Assembly (NCBI GenBank): GCA_963794325.1
Contig: CAWCDG010000004.1
Span: 256,001-320,000 of the forward strand
Direction: 5' to 3'
Length of the DNA stretch: 64,000 nucleotides
Origin: an uncultured delta proteobacterium
GTDB lineage: Bacteria; Desulfobacterota; Binatia; Binatales; Binataceae
Shown: piece by piece, positions 58,760-64,000 of the stretch
Layout: the number at the start of each line of letters is the position of its first letter
Position numbering within the stretch: the stretch's first letter is position 1
Made by a program: the position numbers and the translations under genes
The notes under the pieces: model-generated
Told to the model about the DNA's origin: nothing
The model's input: the letters and a program-made list of their open reading frames with translations, nothing else
Database searches by the model: none

Positions 58760-59584
58760 TTGCTTGAAATCCTGATCAACCTGTTCGCAGTTTCGATCGG
58801 CGCCGGATTCATCGGTGCGATCTCGGGCCTCGGTGGCGGCGTCTTTATTGTGCCCGCGCTGGTTGTCCTCGCGCACATGCCGATGAAAATCGCGGTTGGC
58901 GCGAGCCTGATCTCGGTCGTCGCGACCAGCGCCGGCGCCAGCGTCGCATTCGTGCGCGACGGATGGACCAATCTGAGAGTCGCCATGGTGCTCGAGTGCG
59001 CGACTGTCACCGGTGCAGTGATCGGCGCCTATCTCGCCGGCGTCGTGCCAACCGTCGTGTTGGAATTGCTGTTCGCCGCGATGATGCTCCAGTCCGCATA
59101 CTTCACGATCACCAAGCACGGCGATGACATCCTGACCAAGGGTGACCCGCTGGCCGAACGGCTCGAACTCGCAGGCGAGGTGCCTGACGGCGACAAAACG
59201 ATCCATTACGAAGTCGTAAAAGTACCGCAGGGCGGCGCGCTGATGGTCGTTGCGGGCCTGATGTCGGGGCTGCTGGGAATCGGATCGGGCGCGCTGAAGG
59301 TGATGGCGATGGACTACGTCATGCACCTGCCGCTGAAGGTTTCGAGCGCGACCAGCAACTTCATGATCGGTGTGACGGCCGGCGCCGGCGCACTGGTGTT
59401 CCTCGCGCGCGGCGACGTCGCCACCACCATTGCGGCGCCGGTCGCAATCGGCGTCACCGCGGGCGCGCTCGCCGGTAGCCGCGTCCTGCCGCATCTTAAG
59501 GTCGAGTATCTCAGGACCGTTTTCGTGATAATTCTGGTGTTGATTGCGGCCGAGATGGGATGGCGCGCGCTGTCGGGGATTTAA
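58760..59584 (+). CDS. sulfite exporter TauE/SafE family protein
   Basis: GLGGGVFIVP, SGLLGIGSG, SSATSNFMIGVT. Confidence 0.9.
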   Translation: MLEILINLFAVSIGAGFIGAISGLGGGVFIVPALVVLAHMPMKIAVGASLISVVATSAGASVAFVRDGWTNLRVAMVLECATVTGAVIGAYLAGVVPTVVLELLFAAMMLQSAYFTITKHGDDILTKGDPLAERLELAGEVPDGDKTIHYEVVKVPQGGALMVVAGLMSGLLGIGSGALKVMAMDYVMHLPLKVSSATSNFMIGVTAGAGALVFLARGDVATTIAAPVAIGVTAGALAGSRVLPHLKVEYLRTVFVIILVLIAAEMGWRALSGI

Positions 59585-59587
59585 GCG

Positions 59588-59986
59588 ATGCCGAAACTGG
59601 AAGAAGAGAATCGGATACTCAGGGTGTGGACGCCGATTCTGCTGCGATCGATTCTGATCGCCGCGATGATCCTTCTCGTTTCCGGACTCGTCCTGACCTA
59701 CACCTTCGCCCCTGACTACTACGTGGATCGCTACCACGCGGTGGAACAGGGTCACCTGCTCGGTAAGGAGAAGTTCGGCCACGGCGTGTTGCTTGGAAGG
59801 ATTCGCGAAGGCAATCCGCACGCGGTTCTGACGCTTGGGCTGTTCGTGCTGACGCTCGTTCCGCTCGCGCGTGTCGGGTTCTGCTTCATCCTCTTCATCC
59901 GCGAGCGTGACTACACTTATGTTGCGCTTACTGCCTATGTGCTTGCAGGCTTGATTGTTGGCGTGCTGTTAGGGAGTGTCGGTTAG
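59588..59986 (+). CDS. DUF1634-like membrane protein
   Basis: LGLFVLTLVPLARV..ERDYTY; typical partner of this TauE subfamily. Confidence 0.8.
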   Translation: MPKLEEENRILRVWTPILLRSILIAAMILLVSGLVLTYTFAPDYYVDRYHAVEQGHLLGKEKFGHGVLLGRIREGNPHAVLTLGLFVLTLVPLARVGFCFILFIRERDYTYVALTAYVLAGLIVGVLLGSVG

Positions 59987-60019
59987 AGATCGATCAGTAT
60001 TCGGACGGAGGTTCGCGCG

Positions 60020-60793
60020 ATGGAAATCAAAGGTAAGGTCGGCGTTATCACCGGCGGCTCATCGGGAATCGGTCGGGCAACGTCGGAGCGACTGGCGAAG
60101 GAAGGCGCGGCGATCGTGGTCGCCGACCTCGACGAAGCCGGAGGCGCGGAAACCGTCAAGCGAATCGAGAGCGCGGGCGGCCGCGCCGTTTTCGTTAAGG
60201 CCGACGTAACGAAACTCGACGATGCGCGCCGGATGCTCGACACGGCAGTCTCGAAATTCGGCCGCCTCGACATCCTGCACAACAACGCCGGCATCGGCGT
60301 CGGCGCACCCGGCTACCCCGACGCGCCGCCGGAGCGATGGCATCTGGTGATCGAGATCGATTTGCAGGCGGTGATTCTCGGCACCGGCCTCGCGGCGCCG
60401 CTGATGCAAAAAAATGGCGGCGGCGTGATCATCAACACAGCCTCGATGGCCGGCCTATACCCGCATCGCCAGGACGCCGTTTACGGCGCGGCGAAGGGCG
60501 GCGTCGTGAACTTCACGCACTCGCTCGCATCCTGGGAAGCGGAACGAAAAATCCGCGTCAACTGCATCTGCCCCGGCATCGTCGATACTCCGCTGGTCCG
60601 CCGAGGCCTGGAGCTGGCGAAGCAACACGGCATCAAGAGCTGGATGCCATCAAAAATAATCCAGCCCGAAGAAATCGCCGACGCAGTAGTAAGCCTGGTC
60701 CGCGACGATTCGATGTTCGGCTGCTCGCTAGAGGTGCGCCCAACCGGCCGCCAGATAGTGGATCCGCGCCCAGCGCCGGGTTCTCGCAGGTAA
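60020..60793 (+). CDS. short-chain dehydrogenase/reductase
   Basis: TGGSSGIG, NNAG, YGAAK, CPG. Confidence 0.93.
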   Translation: MEIKGKVGVITGGSSGIGRATSERLAKEGAAIVVADLDEAGGAETVKRIESAGGRAVFVKADVTKLDDARRMLDTAVSKFGRLDILHNNAGIGVGAPGYPDAPPERWHLVIEIDLQAVILGTGLAAPLMQKNGGGVIINTASMAGLYPHRQDAVYGAAKGGVVNFTHSLASWEAERKIRVNCICPGIVDTPLVRRGLELAKQHGIKSWMPSKIIQPEEIADAVVSLVRDDSMFGCSLEVRPTGRQIVDPRPAPGSRR

Positions 60794-60799
60794 TCAGAA

Positions 60800-61089
60800 A
60801 TTACCTCGCCCGTTATTTTACGGGAGAGGCGGCTGGCCGCATCGCGGCCAGCGGTGAGGGTTCTGCGGTTCAACCACAAAGCTGATGCCGCCCACTCTCT
60901 CTGTCATTCTGAGCCGCTGCGGCGAAGAATCTCGACGGGCACTCTCGTGTCCGGCGTCATCACTACGCGCACGCGCGCGAGATGGTCAGACGCTCGATGA
61001 TGCGTTAGAGTTAGCATGCACCGCGGAACCCTCACCTACCGGCCGCGATGCGTCCGGCGCCTCTCCCGTAGAGTAACCGGCGAGGTAAT
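60800..61089. repeat. REPIN/MITE-like element with ~70-bp imperfect terminal inverted repeats
   Basis: 60800-60869 is the near reverse complement of 61020-61089; internal TGTC-type REP at 60902-60933. Confidence 0.75.
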
Positions 61090-61114
61090 CTTCGGACGGC
61101 CCCGCTCCACGAGC

Positions 61115-61444
61115 TCAGGCTGCCGAGGACCTTCTGTGAACCGGAATTCGTTCAAGCTCCGTTCGGAGTTCACGCTCGGCGCGCCATAGATCACGGGCTT
61201 GCTGCATTCGCAGCCAGATTCCAGCTCCGTTGCCGCAGAACCGGCCTAGCCGCGCGGCCATCTCGGGCGTAACAGATACCTTCTCAGCCAGAATTCGATG
61301 AAGCGTCTGCCGCGTTACGCCAAGCTGCCGCGCTGCTTCGCTAATTGAGAGTCCAAGCTCAGGAAGGACATCCTCGCGCAGAATAGCGCCGGGATGGGTC
61401 GGCCTCCGCTGCACATAATCTTTCACGGCTCGGTTGGTGATCAT
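61115..61444 (-). CDS. higA: HigA family antitoxin
   Basis: PTHPGAILRE, HTH, MAARLGRF..WLRMQ. Confidence 0.92.
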   Translation of the reverse strand: MITNRAVKDYVQRRPTHPGAILREDVLPELGLSISEAARQLGVTRQTLHRILAEKVSVTPEMAARLGRFCGNGAGIWLRMQQARDLWRAERELRTELERIPVHRRSSAA

Positions 61445-61484
61445 TATGACGTCCTATGTCGGCACAATCGGTTACGCCCAAAAC

Positions 61485-61760
61485 TCAATGGTACTGCTCC
61501 AAGTCAACCTGCCAGGCCTCTGCATCGCGCCACTCGAATGTTATGCACCAAGGACCATTGACGTGGAGGCTGTAGCGCTGCGGCTTGCCCCTGAGAGGAT
61601 GGAAGTCGAAGCCGGGAATGTTGAGATCACGCAGCGTCGCAGCCTGCTCCAGCGCATCCAGTCTTCGAAGCGCCCTGGTTTGGAGATCCGCCGCCACTTT
61701 TCGGCTTCGGCCTTGGCGAAACAGCTCGGCCAGCCCGTTGTGGCGGAAGCTTCGTATCAC
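61485..61760 (-). CDS. higB: HigB/RelE-like toxin
   Basis: MIRSFRH, FHPLRG, YSLHVNGPWCITFEW, C-terminal YH. Confidence 0.92.
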   Translation of the reverse strand: MIRSFRHNGLAELFRQGRSRKVAADLQTRALRRLDALEQAATLRDLNIPGFDFHPLRGKPQRYSLHVNGPWCITFEWRDAEAWQVDLEQYH

Positions 61761-61769
61761 CCGTGGAGC

Positions 61770-61807
61770 GTAACACGTCCGGTTACAGGTGTAAATCGCT
61801 CCGTTAC
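61770..61807. promoter_or_regulatory. tandem palindromic operators upstream of higBA
   Basis: GTAAC-N7-GTTAC (61770-61786) and GTAAA-N7-GTTAC (61791-61807). Confidence 0.65.
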
Positions 61808-61848
61808 AGAGCGTCCGGTTGTTTCATCAACATTGTGCCCCTGATCGC

Positions 61849-62985
61849 TCACCGCGCGGCGGCTGCTGCTGATTCTGCCTGATACTCCCTCGAACTCTGG
61901 CTTAGCTTCGGCATAACGTGCTTGCCGATCAGGTCGATCGTTTGCATTACCTTTTCGTGCGGGATTGCGCCTACCTGCACCAGCATCAGGATCAGATCGA
62001 CTCCAGCCGATTCGTAAATCTTTGCGACCTTCAGGCAGTCTTCCGGGTCGCCGACCATTACGGCGCCTGCTTCGATTCGTTTGTCGAGATCGGCGATCGA
62101 GAGGCGGTAGTCGCCGATTGCGACTGCTTGTTCCGCCATCTTTTTGTAGTACTCGTAGCCCTTCACTTCCTGCTTGGCGAAGGGCGTGAAGAGTTCGGCG
62201 GCTTTGCGCGTGGTGAAATCGATCGCGTCCTTCGCTATCACCTTGGCTTCCTCGCGGGTCGGCGCGCATACACATACCGTCGCCGCGGCCGTTCGATCGT
62301 TTACGAACGCGCCCACCGGCTCGCAGGTGCTGATCGCTTTTTTGTAAATCGCGATCAGCTTATCGAGCATCCCGGGCTCTGAAATTCCAAACCCGAGCGC
62401 GCCGATTCCTTTTTGACCCGCGATTTCCCAGGTCGAAGGCTGCGTCGCCGCCACCCACATCGGCGGATGCGGTTTCTGGATTGGTTTCGGAATGACCTCG
62501 CGCTCCGGCATCTTGAAAAACTTGCCGTCGTGGCTGAACGTCTCCTGCATCCACATTTTCGGGATCGCAGCGACCGCCTCTTCCCACATCGCACGCGAAT
62601 CTTCCGGATTCACTTGGAAGCCGCCGAGTTCCTGCTCGGTGATCGATCGGCCCGATCCGAATTCCACCCGCCCATTCGACATGATGTCGAGCACCGCGAT
62701 TCGCTCGGCCACGCGCACGGGATGATTGAAAGGAATCGGCAACAGGCAGATGCCGTGGCCCAGCCGAATCCGGCTCGTGACCTGGCTGAGCGCGCCGTAC
62801 CAGACCTCGGGCGCCGACGAGTACGACCATTCAGTGAGAAAATGATGCTCGACGGTCCAGACCGAGTGGTAGCCGAGGCGGTCCGCAAGTTTCACCTGCT
62901 CGGTCGCCTGCTGGTAGATGTCGTACATGAAGCCGGGGTAATGCGGGCGGCTCCGCTGAAGCTCGTACTGCAGCGCAAATTCCAT
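61849..62985 (-). CDS. luciferase-like monooxygenase (LLM class flavin-dependent oxidoreductase)
   Basis: WTVEHHF, HPVRVAERIAVLD, GRVEFGSGR, PKPIQKPHPP. Confidence 0.92.
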   Translation of the reverse strand: MEFALQYELQRSRPHYPGFMYDIYQQATEQVKLADRLGYHSVWTVEHHFLTEWSYSSAPEVWYGALSQVTSRIRLGHGICLLPIPFNHPVRVAERIAVLDIMSNGRVEFGSGRSITEQELGGFQVNPEDSRAMWEEAVAAIPKMWMQETFSHDGKFFKMPEREVIPKPIQKPHPPMWVAATQPSTWEIAGQKGIGALGFGISEPGMLDKLIAIYKKAISTCEPVGAFVNDRTAAATVCVCAPTREEAKVIAKDAIDFTTRKAAELFTPFAKQEVKGYEYYKKMAEQAVAIGDYRLSIADLDKRIEAGAVMVGDPEDCLKVAKIYESAGVDLILMLVQVGAIPHEKVMQTIDLIGKHVMPKLSQSSREYQAESAAAAAR

Positions 62986-63005
62986 CGAGCGTCCTCCTCA
63001 AACTT

Positions 63006-64000
63006 TCAGGCGTGAGCCGCGTCCGGACGCGCGGCGGGTCGTGCGGCCGTTATTCCGCCGACTGTTTTCCACGAATGAATCTCTTCGAGCGCGTGACGGC
63101 CGATAAGCTCGATCGACTTCATGATGCGATCGTGCGGGATACCGCCGTACTGCAGAAAAAATAGCACCTGGTCGGCGCCGAGCTCGCGATATCTCTTCGC
63201 GACGCGCACTGCCTCGTCCGGCGCACCGACCGCGATCAGATCACCGTCCTTCAGAAAGTCGTAGTAGTCGAGCGTGAACTTCGCGGGATCGAACTTCGAC
63301 GCGGTCTTCAGATATTTGTACGACTCGTCGGTCTGGCTTGCCGCCGCGATGCTCGATACCAGCTCGAAGCCCCGGCGCACGTACCAGAGCACGGCTTCGC
63401 GCGCGAGATGCTCAGCCTCGTACGGGTCGTCGCCGAAGATCCCCATGATGTTCATCGAGACCTGGTTGTTTACCGTCTGCCCAACCGGCCGCGCGTTCTT
63501 GATTCCCGCGCGATAAATGTTGATTCGCTCCGCCACCTGCGCGAGCTCGACGCCGAGCGTAAAGCAGAGCACGCCGAGGCCGCGCTCCGCAGCAAGCTCG
63601 AACGTTGTCGGATTGGTCGCCGCGACCCACATCGGCGGATGCGGTTTCTGAATCGGCTTCGGAATCACCGAGACCGGCGGATCGACCGTCCAGTACTTGC
63701 CGTGCATCGAGAACGGATCTTCGCGCCACATCCGCGGGATCGCCTCGACTGCCTCGGCCCATCGCGGGCGCGTCTCTTCCGGACGCACGCCGAAGCCGAG
63801 CAGTTCATCCATCGTGGTGGCGCGGCCGGTGCCGAATTCGACGCGCCCGTTCGACATGATATCGAGCATCGCGATCCGCTCCGCGACGTGGATCGGATGA
63901 TTGAATGGCAGCACCACGACACCGTGGCCGACGCGAATCTGCTTAGTGCGCTGCGTGACGCACGCGAGAAAGATTTCGGGCGCGGAGCAGTACGAAAATT
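63006..64000 (-). CDS. luciferase-like monooxygenase, 5' end outside the window
   Basis: HPIHVAERIAMLD, GRVEFGTGR, PKPIQKPHPP; the frame is open to the window edge. Confidence 0.9.
   Translation of the reverse strand, partial: FSYCSAPEIFLACVTQRTKQIRVGHGVVVLPFNHPIHVAERIAMLDIMSNGRVEFGTGRATTMDELLGFGVRPEETRPRWAEAVEAIPRMWREDPFSMHGKYWTVDPPVSVIPKPIQKPHPPMWVAATNPTTFELAAERGLGVLCFTLGVELAQVAERINIYRAGIKNARPVGQTVNNQVSMNIMGIFGDDPYEAEHLAREAVLWYVRRGFELVSSIAAASQTDESYKYLKTASKFDPAKFTLDYYDFLKDGDLIAVGAPDEAVRVAKRYRELGADQVLFFLQYGGIPHDRIMKSIELIGRHALEEIHSWKTVGGITAARPAARPDAAHA

Overview
This is a GC-rich bacterial chromosomal window. Its gene content (ACIII-caa3 operon, many CoA/LLM/SDR catabolic enzymes, dapL-folK-tal) resembles Deltaproteobacteria-like lineages such as Ca. 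Binatota; that assignment is inference only. From left to right it carries: (1) an alternative complex III (actA,B,C,D,F) plus caa3-type cytochrome c oxidase operon; (2) housekeeping genes dapL, folK, tal, ispG, gltA, glnA, cysQ, pgpA and cinA; (3) an Ltp2-like thiolase/DUF35/PHP/MaoC acyl-CoA module; (4) MNT-HEPN and HigBA toxin-antitoxin pairs; (5) a RAYT transposase flanked by nine GTGG-tagged REPs, plus several other families of intergenic palindromic repeats; (6) secreted proteins and MFS transporters. No rRNA, tRNA or CRISPR array was seen. The best candidate for an undescribed system is at 52.9-57.8 kb: a predicted sigma54-driven, possibly autoregulated operon encoding a 2TM-domain histidine kinase, an NtrC-type activator, a Ste14-like methyltransferase, PspA/IM30 and a lipoprotein. 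It looks like a Psp-like envelope-stress circuit with no PspF/B/C in the window. Other leads are an ActB that keeps an intact FS0 motif, an OMP-decarboxylase homolog that has lost its phosphate-gripper residues, a structured glnA leader, and an ImmA/IrrE-like peptidase pair. All family assignments come from motif recognition; no database search was run.
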